A DNA stretch of 64,000 bases from Candidatus Korobacter sp. (lineage in GTDB: Bacteria > Acidobacteriota > Terriglobia > Terriglobales > Acidobacteriaceae): positions 19,382-83,381 of the forward strand of contig DASYAU010000048.1 in the NCBI GenBank assembly GCA_036501185.1. Reading direction: 5' to 3'. The notes under the pieces were generated by a model that did no database searches, was not told where the DNA came from, and saw nothing but the letters and a program-made list of their open reading frames with translations. Positions 47,599-57,296 of this stretch are shown in pieces. Each line of letters starts with the position of its first letter. Within the stretch, counting starts at the first letter, position 1. The position numbers and the translations under genes were made by a program.

Positions 47599-47686
47599 GG
47601 TTCGAGCCCGCGGAATTGGACTCTCGGGCAGCCTGTGACGCTTATCACAAGACGTTGTGCGGTCGATTTGTTAGATTGAAAGCGTT

Positions 47687-48739
47687 ATGGCTGCCCCAAA
47701 TTCCTTATTTGTGAAGGCCTGCAAGCGCCTTCCTGTTGAGCGGACGCCGGTGTGGTTCATGCGCCAAGCGGGCCGTTACATGGCCGAATATCGCGCGGTG
47801 CGCGCGAACTATTCGCTCGTCGAAATCTGCAAAAAACCCGATGTGGCCGCCGAGGTAACCATTACCGCGGCCGAAGCGCTGAAGGTGGACGCGGCGATCA
47901 TTTTTGCCGATCTGTTGCTGCCGCTCGAAGTGATGGGGCTGCCATTTCACTTCTCGCCGGGCGAAGGGCCGGTGATCGAAGTGCCGATCCGCGAGGCTTC
48001 GCATATCAAACAATTGAGGACCGATCGCGCGCACGAACTGGGTTATGTGGCCGAGGCGGTGAAGAAGGTCAGCGATCATTTCCGCGACAAGTTACCGGTT
48101 ATCGGTTTCTGTGGTGCGCCGTTCACGCTGGCCAGCTACATGATTGAAGGCGGCGGCTCGCGCAATTACATCGAAGTGAAGAAGATGATGTACAACGCCC
48201 CGCAGGCGTGGGATGAACTGCTCGGCAAACTGGTGACGGTGCTGGCGGAGTACACCACGGAGCAGGTGAAGGCCGGGGCGGACGTTATCCAGATTTTCGA
48301 TAGCTGGGTGGGCTGCCTAAGCGTGGAAGATTACCGGCACTACGTGCTGCCGCGAACGACGGAGTTGGTGAAATCGCTGCAACGGTCGACGAAGGTCCCC
48401 ATCATTTATTTCGGAACCGACAGCGCCACGTTGCTGCCGTCGATGCGCGAAACGGGTGCGGAAGTGATCGGACTCGATTGGCGTATCCCGCTCGACAAAG
48501 GCTGGAGCGTGCTGGAGCATAAAGTCGCAGTGCAGGGAAACCTCGATCCGGTGCTGCTCTTTGCCGAGTGGAAAGAGCTGAAATCGCGTGCGGAAAGAAT
48601 TCTGCACCAAGCGAATGGGCGTCCGGGGCACATTTTCAATCTTGGGCACGGGATCTTGCCGCACACGCCGGTGCAGAACGTAAAAGACCTCGCAAAGTTC
48701 GTGCACGAATTTTCACCTTCGCTGGTGAGCGCTCGCTAA
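47687..48739 (+). CDS. hemE: Uroporphyrinogen decarboxylase
   Basis: PVWFMRQAGRYMAEYR signature; FDSWVG; NLGHGI. Confidence 0.95.
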   Translation: MAAPNSLFVKACKRLPVERTPVWFMRQAGRYMAEYRAVRANYSLVEICKKPDVAAEVTITAAEALKVDAAIIFADLLLPLEVMGLPFHFSPGEGPVIEVPIREASHIKQLRTDRAHELGYVAEAVKKVSDHFRDKLPVIGFCGAPFTLASYMIEGGGSRNYIEVKKMMYNAPQAWDELLGKLVTVLAEYTTEQVKAGADVIQIFDSWVGCLSVEDYRHYVLPRTTELVKSLQRSTKVPIIYFGTDSATLLPSMRETGAEVIGLDWRIPLDKGWSVLEHKVAVQGNLDPVLLFAEWKELKSRAERILHQANGRPGHIFNLGHGILPHTPVQNVKDLAKFVHEFSPSLVSAR

Positions 48740-49656
48740 TGCCCAAAAATGCTGTGCTGTTAATTGCACACGGAAGCCCGGAGAACGTGGCCGACGTGCC
48801 GGAGTATATGAATTACGTCACCGGCGGGCGCGGCGTACCGGATTCCGTGGTGCGCGAAGTGCAGCATCGCTACGGCCTGATTGGAGTTTCTCCGTTGCGC
48901 TGCCATACCGTCGGTCAACAGAATGGCGTGCAGCGCGAGAGTGGGCTGCCGACATACATTGGCATGCGCAATTGGCATCCGTTCATTGGCGATACCATCC
49001 AGCAGATGGCCGGAGACGGCGTGGAACACTGCGTGGCGATCTGCCTGGCGCCACAGACCTCGCGCACCAGCGTGGGCTTGTATCGCAAGGCTCTGATGGA
49101 GCGGAACCCACAGTTCACGGTAGATTTCGTCGAGAGCTGGCACGACCATCCGGGGTTGATCGAGGCCTTTGCGGAGAACTATCGCGCGGCATATGGCACC
49201 GCTAGCAGGGAATTCGGCGGTGAGATGCCGACGTTGTTTACCGCGCACAGCGTCCCGGAGAGAACGATTGCGGAAGGCGATCTGTACGAGGCACAGACTC
49301 GCGAAACCGCATCGCTGGTGGCGAAGAAACTCGGACTGAAGAACGAACAGTGGCGCTTTGCGTTCCAGAGTCAAGGCATGTCGGGCGGAGTGTGGCTAGG
49401 GCCTACGGTCGAATCCACCCTGGAGCAGTTCGCGCGCGACGGTGTGAAGGGTGTTTTCTTTCAGCCGATCGGCTTCGTATGCGACCATGTCGAGGTTCTG
49501 TACGACATTGATATCGCCTTCCGGGAATTTGCTGAGAAGCTCGGGATGAAGATCTGGAGGGCTGAGTCCCTGAACAATTCCGCCACGTTTGCGAAAGCGA
49601 TTGCGGATATCGTGAGGGCACGCCTGGCGGCGGGAGTTCCCGTAGCGAATTTATGA
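48739..49656 (+). CDS. hemH: Ferrochelatase (likely a coproporphyrin ferrochelatase by gene context)
   Basis: AVLLIAHGSPE ... TAHSVPE ... FQSQG ... DHVEVLYDID. Its ATG shares one base with the hemE TAA (TAATG). Confidence 0.9.
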   Translation: MPKNAVLLIAHGSPENVADVPEYMNYVTGGRGVPDSVVREVQHRYGLIGVSPLRCHTVGQQNGVQRESGLPTYIGMRNWHPFIGDTIQQMAGDGVEHCVAICLAPQTSRTSVGLYRKALMERNPQFTVDFVESWHDHPGLIEAFAENYRAAYGTASREFGGEMPTLFTAHSVPERTIAEGDLYEAQTRETASLVAKKLGLKNEQWRFAFQSQGMSGGVWLGPTVESTLEQFARDGVKGVFFQPIGFVCDHVEVLYDIDIAFREFAEKLGMKIWRAESLNNSATFAKAIADIVRARLAAGVPVANL

Positions 49657-51077
49657 TGCGGGTCGCAATTATTGGCGGCGGTATCTCCGGCCTGAGCGCC
49701 GCCTATTCCATCGAAAAAGAACGCGCGAAAGGTGCCGACATCGAGTACCGGCTGTTTGAAAGCAGCGGACGGCTTGGTGGTGCGTGCTATTCCGAGATCG
49801 TGGACGGCTGCGTCATCGAGGCTGGACCGGATTCGTTCGTCTCGGAGAAGCCGTGGGCAGCGGCGTTGTGCCGCGAACTTGGTATTGGCGATCAACTGAT
49901 CGGATCGAACGACGAAGATCGCAAGACGTGGATTGTGCGCGGGAAGAAGCTTGTGCCTTTGCCGGACGGGCTGATGTTCCTTGTCCCAACGAAGATTTTA
50001 CCTACGGCGATGAGTCCGCTGTTTTCGTGGGGAACGAAGCTGCGGATGGCACGCGAACTGATGCACCCGCCTCGGCCGATGCACGGCGATGAAACGGTTG
50101 CGGCGTTCGTGGAACGCCATTTCGGACGCGAGATGGTGGACCGTCTCGCCGATCCGATGCTTTCCGGAATTTACGGCGGCGACACCGACCAACTGAGTGT
50201 GCGCGCGACGCTGGCGCGGTTTGTGGAGATGGAAGAGAAGTATGGCAGCCTGAGCCGGGCAATGCTGGCGGCCAACAAGAAGATGAAGACGGCCATGGCG
50301 GGAAAGCCGAAGCCGCCACTGTTTACGTCGCTGAAGAACGGCATGCAGCAGATGGTGGATGCTGTTGTGGCGAAGCTGAATCCCGGTTGGCTGGTGTTGG
50401 GAACTGGCGTGGAGGCGATTGAGCGGCGCGGGGAGGAATATTCCGTGCGGCTCTCGTCGGGCGAGACGAAGGCATTCGATGCCGTGATCCTGGCGATTCC
50501 GGCGAACGTCTCGGGGCGGCTGGTTGCAAACATTGATAACGCTCTATCTGAAGACCTGCAAAGCGTGCCGTATAGCTCGTCGGCTACGGTGATCCTGGTT
50601 TACGAGATGCGCGATCTGGGAAAACTTCCGGGCGGGCATGGCTTCCTGGTACCGCGGACTGAGGGCCGCCGAATGCGGGCATGCACATTCGTTCACAACA
50701 AGTTTCCGCATCGCGCACCGCCGGACAAAGGCGTGCTGCGCTGCTTCATGGGCGGGGCGAACGATGCGGCCATCCTCGCGTCGTCAGACGAAGAAATCCT
50801 TAAGATCGTCCGGCGGGAATTGAGAGAGATCGTAAAACTCGACGCCGAGCCCAGGGTGGCGAAGATCTACCGCTGGCGGGGGGCGATGGCGCAGTATCCG
50901 CCCGGGCACTTGCAGCGCGTGGATCGGATCGAGCAGGCAGTTGCGGCCATTCCCGGGTTGGCGCTGGCGGGCAACGCGTTCCGCGGCATCGGCGTGCCCG
51001 ACTGTGTCCGTGCGGGCGAGCAGGCGACCGCAAAGATCCTCGGCGTTTCTGACAAAACTCCACAAAAATCGCGGTGA
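49653..51077 (+). CDS. hemY: HemY-type protoporphyrinogen/coproporphyrinogen III oxidase (FAD)
   Basis: VAIIGGGISGLSAAY Rossmann motif; amine-oxidase fold; ATGA overlap with hemH. Confidence 0.88.
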   Translation: MMRVAIIGGGISGLSAAYSIEKERAKGADIEYRLFESSGRLGGACYSEIVDGCVIEAGPDSFVSEKPWAAALCRELGIGDQLIGSNDEDRKTWIVRGKKLVPLPDGLMFLVPTKILPTAMSPLFSWGTKLRMARELMHPPRPMHGDETVAAFVERHFGREMVDRLADPMLSGIYGGDTDQLSVRATLARFVEMEEKYGSLSRAMLAANKKMKTAMAGKPKPPLFTSLKNGMQQMVDAVVAKLNPGWLVLGTGVEAIERRGEEYSVRLSSGETKAFDAVILAIPANVSGRLVANIDNALSEDLQSVPYSSSATVILVYEMRDLGKLPGGHGFLVPRTEGRRMRACTFVHNKFPHRAPPDKGVLRCFMGGANDAAILASSDEEILKIVRRELREIVKLDAEPRVAKIYRWRGAMAQYPPGHLQRVDRIEQAVAAIPGLALAGNAFRGIGVPDCVRAGEQATAKILGVSDKTPQKSR

Positions 51078-51111
51078 TCCCGTCGTAACTTCCTTGCAGA
51101 GGCGAGGGATT

Positions 51112-51804
51112 ATGAAACGGATCTGGATACTCACAATATTCCTGGCACTGCCGCTGTCGGCGCAGGAAAACGACCACGCGGGCATGACGGACAGCGCAAT
51201 GGCGATGCACGAGATGCATTCGAGTACGCATATGCAGATGACCGAGCTGCGCACGGAACAGCCGGGCGATCGCAAAAAGGCCGATGAGGTGGCCGGGGCA
51301 GCGAAGGCCGTAATGGCGAAATATACCGATTACAAGGCCGCAGAGGCAGATGGGTTCAGGCCGTTTTTACCAAACGTGAAGCAGAAAATGGTCCACTTTA
51401 CGAATTATCGGTATGCGATGGAGGCGGCATTTGGGTTCAATCCGGAGCATCCGACGTCGCTGCTGTATGAGCCGGTGGGGACGGGATATCGACTGATTGG
51501 GGTGATGTACACAGCGCCGTTTCGATTCAGCCCGGACCAGCTCAATGAACGAGTTCCGCTGAGTATTGCTCAATGGCATGTGCACATAAACTTGTGCATG
51601 CCTCCCGCGGGTGAACGCGACGCGGCGCTACAGGCACATCCAAAATTCGGGATAAATGGGGCGATTTCGACCGAAAACGCATGTACGGAGGCCGGTGGGA
51701 CATTCCATCCGCACGTTTTTGGTTGGATGGTACATGTCTATCCGAACGAGCAAGATCCGTCCCGAATCTGGTCGGTGGAGCGACAGATGGGCTCTATGGA
51801 CTGA
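51112..51804 (+). CDS. Hypothetical secreted protein with a Met/His-rich N-terminal segment
   Basis: Signal peptide MKRIWILTIFLALPLSAQ, then HAGMTDSAMAMHEMHSSTHMQM. The C-terminal domain has several His clusters (WHVHINLC, HPHVFGWMVHVYP). Confidence 0.6.
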   Translation: MKRIWILTIFLALPLSAQENDHAGMTDSAMAMHEMHSSTHMQMTELRTEQPGDRKKADEVAGAAKAVMAKYTDYKAAEADGFRPFLPNVKQKMVHFTNYRYAMEAAFGFNPEHPTSLLYEPVGTGYRLIGVMYTAPFRFSPDQLNERVPLSIAQWHVHINLCMPPAGERDAALQAHPKFGINGAISTENACTEAGGTFHPHVFGWMVHVYPNEQDPSRIWSVERQMGSMD

Positions 51805-51861
51805 GGTAATGCGCCGGCGGTGGGATTGATCTGGTACATTGGTTGGGCTAGAACAGCACCA

Positions 51862-52020
51862 ATGTCCAAGTTCCCCAAACTCGGCGCGTTGCTTTTATGC
51901 CTTTCAATGACTGTACCGGTGCTCGCCAGCACGCCGGCGCAGCCGCCGAAAAAGAACAGCAAGCATCATGGCAAGCTGATTCCGGCACGGCATAACGCCG
52001 GCCGTCCAACTCACGGGTAG
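51862..52020 (+). CDS. Possible small secreted basic peptide (52 aa)
   Basis: MSKFPKLGALLLCLSMTVPVLAS looks like a signal peptide, followed by a K/H/P-rich tail. This is weak evidence only. Confidence 0.25.
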   Translation: MSKFPKLGALLLCLSMTVPVLASTPAQPPKKNSKHHGKLIPARHNAGRPTHG

Positions 52021-52043
52021 TCCTCCGCATATAATTCTCCGCG

Positions 52044-53387
52044 ATGAGAATCGCGACCCGCCTACTATCTGTTCTCCTTTGTGTTGTTCCTTCATTCGCG
52101 CAAAAGGCGATAAACCAGCCTGCGGCGAAAGTGGTGTATATCCGCGCCGGTCACCTGTTCGATGGCACTTCTGAGACGCTGCGCGATAACGTTGTGATTG
52201 TGGTAGAAGGCGAACGGATCAAAGCAGTCGAGGCGGCAACCACATCGATCCCGCAAGGATCTACGGTTATCGATCTTCGCAACGCCACGGTGCTTCCGGG
52301 ATTGATTGATTGCCATACTCACCTCTCGTCCCGGGCGGACCGGTACGACCCGATCAACTATTTCAAGGAAACGCCGTTCACCCAGGGCTTTTCCGGGGTG
52401 CGAAACGCGCACGCCACCTTGCTTGCGGGGTTTACTTCGGTACGCGACGTCGGTTCGCCGCCGTTCGAGGCCGTGGACCTGCGAAATGCCATCAACGATG
52501 GGTACATTTCCGGGCCACGCATCGTTGCCAGCGGGCCGCCGCTTTCAATCACGGGAGGCCATGGCGACGTGAATGGCTTTTCGCCGGAAACACAGGTGGG
52601 AATGTTCCCGGAGCAACGCGGTTACCAGATCGCCGATGGAGTCGATCAGGTGCGGCAGACCGTGCGCGCACAGGTGAAGTACGGCGTGGACGTGATCAAG
52701 ATCCTGGCGACAGGCGGCGTGCTCTCGCAGGGCGACAGTCCGGGAGCTCCGCAGTACACGCTGGAAGAACTGAAAACCGCTGCGGACGAAGCGCATGCTG
52801 CGGGACGAAAGATCGCGGCCCATGCGCACGGAGCGGAGGGAATCCGCCGTGCGATCCTGGCGGGCATCGATTCAATCGAGCACGCCTCTCTGGCGGACGA
52901 CCAGGATATTCAACTCGCGAAGGAACATGGCACGTACTTCGTTATGGACATTTACAACGACGATTACCTGCTGGGGAAGGCGATCGAGTTCGGATTGCCA
53001 ATGGCGAACGTCGAGAAAGAGCGGATGGTTGGGCGACTGCAGCGCGAAAACTTCGAGAAGGCGTTCAAGGCAGGCGTGAAGATGGCCTTCGGCACGGATG
53101 CGGGAGTCTATCCGCACGGGGACAATGCAAAACAGTTCAAGTACATGGTGCAGTTCGGAATGACGCCGGCGGAGGCGATCCGTGCGGCGACCTTCAACGC
53201 CGCGGATCTGATCGGGCGCAGCAAGGATGTCGGGACAATCGAGCCGGGGAAGTATGCCGACATCATTGCGGTGACGGAGAACCCGCTGCAAAACGTGCGC
53301 ACGTTGGAGAACGTCCAGTTCGTAATGAAGGGTGGGACAGTTTACAAAGATTTGATTGCGAATACGCCGGTTTACAGGATGGAGTGA
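52044..53387 (+). CDS. Amidohydrolase family protein (metal-dependent hydrolase, secreted)
   Basis: Signal peptide; LPGLIDCHTHL metal-binding HxH motif; AHAHG; FGTDAG. Confidence 0.85.
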   Translation: MRIATRLLSVLLCVVPSFAQKAINQPAAKVVYIRAGHLFDGTSETLRDNVVIVVEGERIKAVEAATTSIPQGSTVIDLRNATVLPGLIDCHTHLSSRADRYDPINYFKETPFTQGFSGVRNAHATLLAGFTSVRDVGSPPFEAVDLRNAINDGYISGPRIVASGPPLSITGGHGDVNGFSPETQVGMFPEQRGYQIADGVDQVRQTVRAQVKYGVDVIKILATGGVLSQGDSPGAPQYTLEELKTAADEAHAAGRKIAAHAHGAEGIRRAILAGIDSIEHASLADDQDIQLAKEHGTYFVMDIYNDDYLLGKAIEFGLPMANVEKERMVGRLQRENFEKAFKAGVKMAFGTDAGVYPHGDNAKQFKYMVQFGMTPAEAIRAATFNAADLIGRSKDVGTIEPGKYADIIAVTENPLQNVRTLENVQFVMKGGTVYKDLIANTPVYRME

Positions 53388-53430
53388 CAACGGCCCCGGA
53401 ACACATAAGGAGCCCGGGTATGATCTTTTT

Positions 53431-53952
53431 ATGATTGGACGACCGCACGAATCCGAAGCTGCGCCGTACTACTTCACCTATATCAATCAGATCCAGAGCG
53501 ACGATCCTCTGCGCGTCATGGAAGCGCAAGTGGATGAGGTCGAGGAGTTCCTGAAGTCTATTTCCGATGAGAAGTCGCTCTATCGATATGCACCGGAAAA
53601 ATGGAGCATACGCCAGGTGTGGAACCACGTAACCGACACGGAGCGTGCATTTGCGTTCCGGGCATTGTGGTTTGCGCGCGGGTTCGACGCGCCTCTGCCG
53701 AGTTATGACCAGAACATTGCCGCAAGCCATGCGGGTGCAGATGCTCTGCCGTGGCGCGTGCACATCGAGGAGTTCCGTGCGGTTCGCTCGGCCACGATTG
53801 CGTTATTCCGTAACATGCCCCCCGAGGCCTGGCCGCGAAGGGGAATCGCGAGCGACAACAAATTCTCAGTTCGTGCGATGGCATACATCATCGCGGGACA
53901 CGTGGTGTATCACGAGAAGATTTTGCGGGAGCGGTATTTGAACGCTTCCTAG
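53431..53952 (+). CDS. DinB family protein
   Basis: Four-helix DinB_2-like pattern (YRYAPEKWSIRQVWNHVTDTERAF ... AGHVVYHEKIL) with the His triad positions. Confidence 0.7.
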   Translation: MIGRPHESEAAPYYFTYINQIQSDDPLRVMEAQVDEVEEFLKSISDEKSLYRYAPEKWSIRQVWNHVTDTERAFAFRALWFARGFDAPLPSYDQNIAASHAGADALPWRVHIEEFRAVRSATIALFRNMPPEAWPRRGIASDNKFSVRAMAYIIAGHVVYHEKILRERYLNAS

Positions 53953-54329
53953 CGCCGTCCGCGAAACTGGATGATGCGGCGGCGGTCGCGCTTTGAGGGG
54001 CGGCCGAGGGGCGCGGGCGAAAATTCACGGTTCAGGCGGCGCTCTTCGGCGACTCTGGCGCGGGCCGCCTTGCTTTGATCGGTTTCACGATAAAGCTTTT
54101 GCGCGTCCACCGCCGGGCCGCGATCTTCGCTCAGGCCGAGAACCTCGACTTCGAAGATGCCGCCTTCGGTTTCGATGCGGAGATGGTCCCCGATGTTGAC
54201 GTCGCGCGCGGGCTTCACCGGTTGGCCCTCGGATTGAACGCGTTGAAGCTGGCACGCCTTGGTGGCGAGGGCGCGCGTCTTGAAGAAGCGAGCGGCCCAA
54301 AGCCATTTGTCGATGCGCACTGCGTCCAT
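53949..54329 (-). CDS. RNA-binding S4 domain protein (Hsp15/HslR-like ribosome-associated heat shock protein)
   Basis: VRIDKWLWAARFFKTRALATKACQ closely matches the E. coli HslR N-terminus. Confidence 0.85.
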   Translation of the reverse strand: MDAVRIDKWLWAARFFKTRALATKACQLQRVQSEGQPVKPARDVNIGDHLRIETEGGIFEVEVLGLSEDRGPAVDAQKLYRETDQSKAARARVAEERRLNREFSPAPLGRPSKRDRRRIIQFRGRR

Positions 54330-54455
54330 GCGTCTATTTTCCTACACTGCGGCAGTTTTCCGGCAAATTGAAGGATCATTTCGCGTTCTCGTCCCGTCTA
54401 TTGGGGCGCGAGGCGCGCTTTCGTGCGAAGATATTTAGCTGATCCTACTTCCCGC

Positions 54456-55721
54456 ATGAGTTCTACTCCCGTACACGACGGCCCGACTCCCGGCGCAACC
54501 TCCGCGCTCGTTCGCACCGTCGGAAAAGTTTTCAAGGCATTTCAATACCGCGATTTCCGGCTGATGTGGGTGGGCGCGTGCACGTCGAGCATTGGTACGT
54601 GGATGCAGATTGTGGCGCAGGGCTGGCTGATCTACCGGCTGACGCACTCGCCATTCCTGCTGGCGCTGGACCAGTTCATGGGCGGGATCCCGATTTTTCT
54701 GTTGTCGCTGTTGGGCGGCGTGGTGGCGGATCGCGTGGAGAGGCGCAAGATCCTGCTGATGTCGCAGTACGTCCAGATGGCGAGTGCGACGGTGCTCACG
54801 GTCCTGGTTGCGATGGGTATCGTGCACGTGTGGCAGATCATTTCCCTTTCGTTCGTGTCGGGGCTAGCGCAGTCGTTTGGCGGACCGGCGTATTCGGCGC
54901 TGATTCCGCAACTGGTGGAGCGCGAGGACATGCCGAATGCGATCGCGCTGAACTCCATTCAGTTCAATATGGCGGTGACCGTGGGGCCGGCCCTGGCGGG
55001 AATTACGTTGGCGCGGCTGGGTGAAAAGTGGTGCTTCGGGCTGAATGCCGTGTCGTTCCTGGCACCGGTCATCACGCTGCTGATGATCCGAGCGCGATAC
55101 AAGCCGGAACCAACCACGCATTCGATTTTCGGCAGCTTGCGGGAAGGCATACGTTTCGTTACGAAACGCGAGTCGATGAGCGCGCTGATCGTGCTGGCAT
55201 TCTTCATGACGCTGCTGGCGATGCCGATGCGCACGTACATCCCGGTTTTCGTGAAGGATATTTTCAAGCGAGGTCCGGAAACCTATGGCACGCTGCTCTC
55301 GCTGATGGGCGTGGGTTCGATCATCGGTTCGATTGCGATTGCCGGGTTCGGCAACCTGCGGAACAAAGGGCGCGTGGCGCTGGTGATGATGATTTGTCTT
55401 GGCGCCGGGATCTCAGCGTTTGCGGTTTCGCGAAGGTTGGGTTTCAGCTACGCGGCCATGATCGTGGTGGGATCGTCGATGATGGTGGTGTTCGCGACGG
55501 TGACCTCCTTGGTGCAATTGATCTGCACGAACGAGATGCGCGGACGGGTAATGAGCGTGTATAACTGCGCGTTTCGCGGTGGCATACCCATGGGGAACCT
55601 GCTGAGCGGCTGGCTGGTACCGATGTTCGGCGTGACGCTGGTGCTGGGGGTCAATGGCGTGCTGCTGATGTTGCTCGCGCTGTACTTCCTGCTGGTGCAG
55701 CGGCGCGTGGCCGCGCTTTAA
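54456..55721 (+). CDS. MFS transporter (EntS/MFS_3-like)
   Basis: 12-TM layout; FRLMWVGACTSSIGTWMQ and GGVVADRVERRKIL motifs. Confidence 0.85.
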   Translation: MSSTPVHDGPTPGATSALVRTVGKVFKAFQYRDFRLMWVGACTSSIGTWMQIVAQGWLIYRLTHSPFLLALDQFMGGIPIFLLSLLGGVVADRVERRKILLMSQYVQMASATVLTVLVAMGIVHVWQIISLSFVSGLAQSFGGPAYSALIPQLVEREDMPNAIALNSIQFNMAVTVGPALAGITLARLGEKWCFGLNAVSFLAPVITLLMIRARYKPEPTTHSIFGSLREGIRFVTKRESMSALIVLAFFMTLLAMPMRTYIPVFVKDIFKRGPETYGTLLSLMGVGSIIGSIAIAGFGNLRNKGRVALVMMICLGAGISAFAVSRRLGFSYAAMIVVGSSMMVVFATVTSLVQLICTNEMRGRVMSVYNCAFRGGIPMGNLLSGWLVPMFGVTLVLGVNGVLLMLLALYFLLVQRRVAAL

Positions 55722-57136
55722 CGAGCGTACAGCCGTAGTGCAATTCCTGAAAAATCTTTTTCCATCCGCGGCGTATAGCCGTTTGGAAGGGCATTGAGCA
55801 TCTGAGCGCCTTCGGATCGATTGCCGTAAAGCACGACCCAGATGCGCGGGTTGCTGAGGCCGCGGACCATCTGCTCAGGGTGTGCGATGTCATAAACGTC
55901 TTCCTTAAGATCGCCGCCGATGACATTAGGAGCAGCGATCTGGAGTTCGGCGGGCCCAGTGCGCTGATGGTAATAGTCAAATGGATTGCGCGCGTACGGC
56001 GGGTAAAAGGCGATGGCGTCGCCGGAATGGTAGGAGGAGACCACGTACTGGTTGAGGGCGCGCCAGTCTTCACGCGGCTTCTTGTACCCGGCGACGTCAG
56101 TGATTAGCGATGCCACGACGAGAATTCCCACCAGGCCCCAACCTGCGTATCGCGGTAAGAAACTGGCGCCTAGAGCGCAGAGCAGAAGAAGCGCGGGCAG
56201 ACAGATCAGCAGGTACTTGTACGAGAAAATGTTGTGGTGCAGCGAGGCGAGGAATGTGATCGCAATGGGAAGCAGAAGCCAACTCAGCAGGAAAACGTTG
56301 AGGGAGCGACTTTGTTGGCTGAGCGCCCAGAGTCCCGCGATGAACAGGATGAGTGAAATGATCAGCTTCGCACCGCTTCCAATGAAGAATTGAAAAAGCT
56401 TCCAGAACGAACTGGCGCCGACGGGCGAGAGCCAATACAGATCCATCGTCTGGCCGCGGAATAAGACGAAGAACATAGCGGGTGAGATCAGAATCCCGAA
56501 CGCGAAGAAGGCAATCAAAGTTCGCTGCCAATCGAGGGATGCGCGAGTACGCGCGAAGAGCGCGAGGAAGAAGGCCGCAAAGACCAGTGCGGCAAAAAAG
56601 TGGGAGTAGACGGCGAGCGTAGCGAAGAGGACAAAGAGCGTCCAGTCGAGCCAAGCGGAAGTTCCGAGCGCCCTCAGTAAATATTCGGCGGCGAGCAGCA
56701 CGAAGAAAATCACCATCGGGTAGCTGCGCGCTTCCTGCGAATACTCGAGGTGCGCAGGGTTGACGGCGAGGAGCAGAGCGGCGACGAGCCCGACGTTCGC
56801 GTTGAAGAGGCGGCGCGCAAGCCGGTAAATGGCCGGGACGGCCAGTGTTCCGAAGATCGCCGACGGCAGGCGCAGCATGAATTCGTTTGTCCCCAGGTGC
56901 AGCCACGCGCGCTGGAGGGCGTAGTAGGCGGTCATATTAGCCTCGTGCGCCCACCAAGCACTTAGGAATTCGCGCCATGGAAGGCGGCAAAGCGAATAGG
57001 AGGCGGCTTCGTCGAGCCAAAGGCTTTTGTGGCCCAAGAACGCGAGACGCAACGTGAAGGCAGCGATCGTCAAGAAGATGATCGTGAGGCGTTCCCGCGA
57101 AGTTGCCTGGTTGTCTTGCGCCACGGGCATGCGCAT
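55718..57136 (-). CDS. GT-C fold glycosyltransferase (family 39/83, ArnT/PMT-like)
   Basis: Polytopic membrane protein with a first-loop DE motif (SLWLDEAASY) and a C-terminal soluble domain. I start it at ATG 57136 to leave a divergent intergenic region. Confidence 0.75.
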   Translation of the reverse strand: MRMPVAQDNQATSRERLTIIFLTIAAFTLRLAFLGHKSLWLDEAASYSLCRLPWREFLSAWWAHEANMTAYYALQRAWLHLGTNEFMLRLPSAIFGTLAVPAIYRLARRLFNANVGLVAALLLAVNPAHLEYSQEARSYPMVIFFVLLAAEYLLRALGTSAWLDWTLFVLFATLAVYSHFFAALVFAAFFLALFARTRASLDWQRTLIAFFAFGILISPAMFFVLFRGQTMDLYWLSPVGASSFWKLFQFFIGSGAKLIISLILFIAGLWALSQQSRSLNVFLLSWLLLPIAITFLASLHHNIFSYKYLLICLPALLLLCALGASFLPRYAGWGLVGILVVASLITDVAGYKKPREDWRALNQYVVSSYHSGDAIAFYPPYARNPFDYYHQRTGPAELQIAAPNVIGGDLKEDVYDIAHPEQMVRGLSNPRIWVVLYGNRSEGAQMLNALPNGYTPRMEKDFSGIALRLYAR

Positions 57137-57296
57137 ACAGCTTACAGGGACTCCGTCTCGGGATGTCTCATCTGGGGAACAACTCACCAAAGTTTTGCAC
57201 AAAGTGTGGTAGCAGCTCTCGTTCTTGCGTCCCGCAAAGCCAACAGTGACGTTGGGGCTGCCCTCTAACCGGATAACAGCTTCGGTGGGAGGGAGC

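Noticed and set aside
47598-47610. GGGTTCGAGCCCG resembling a tRNA T-arm/T-loop just after the outer-membrane receptor gene
   Set aside because: The flanking bases (TAGGG / CCGCG) do not form the 5-bp T-stem. No acceptor, D or anticodon arms can be drawn around it.
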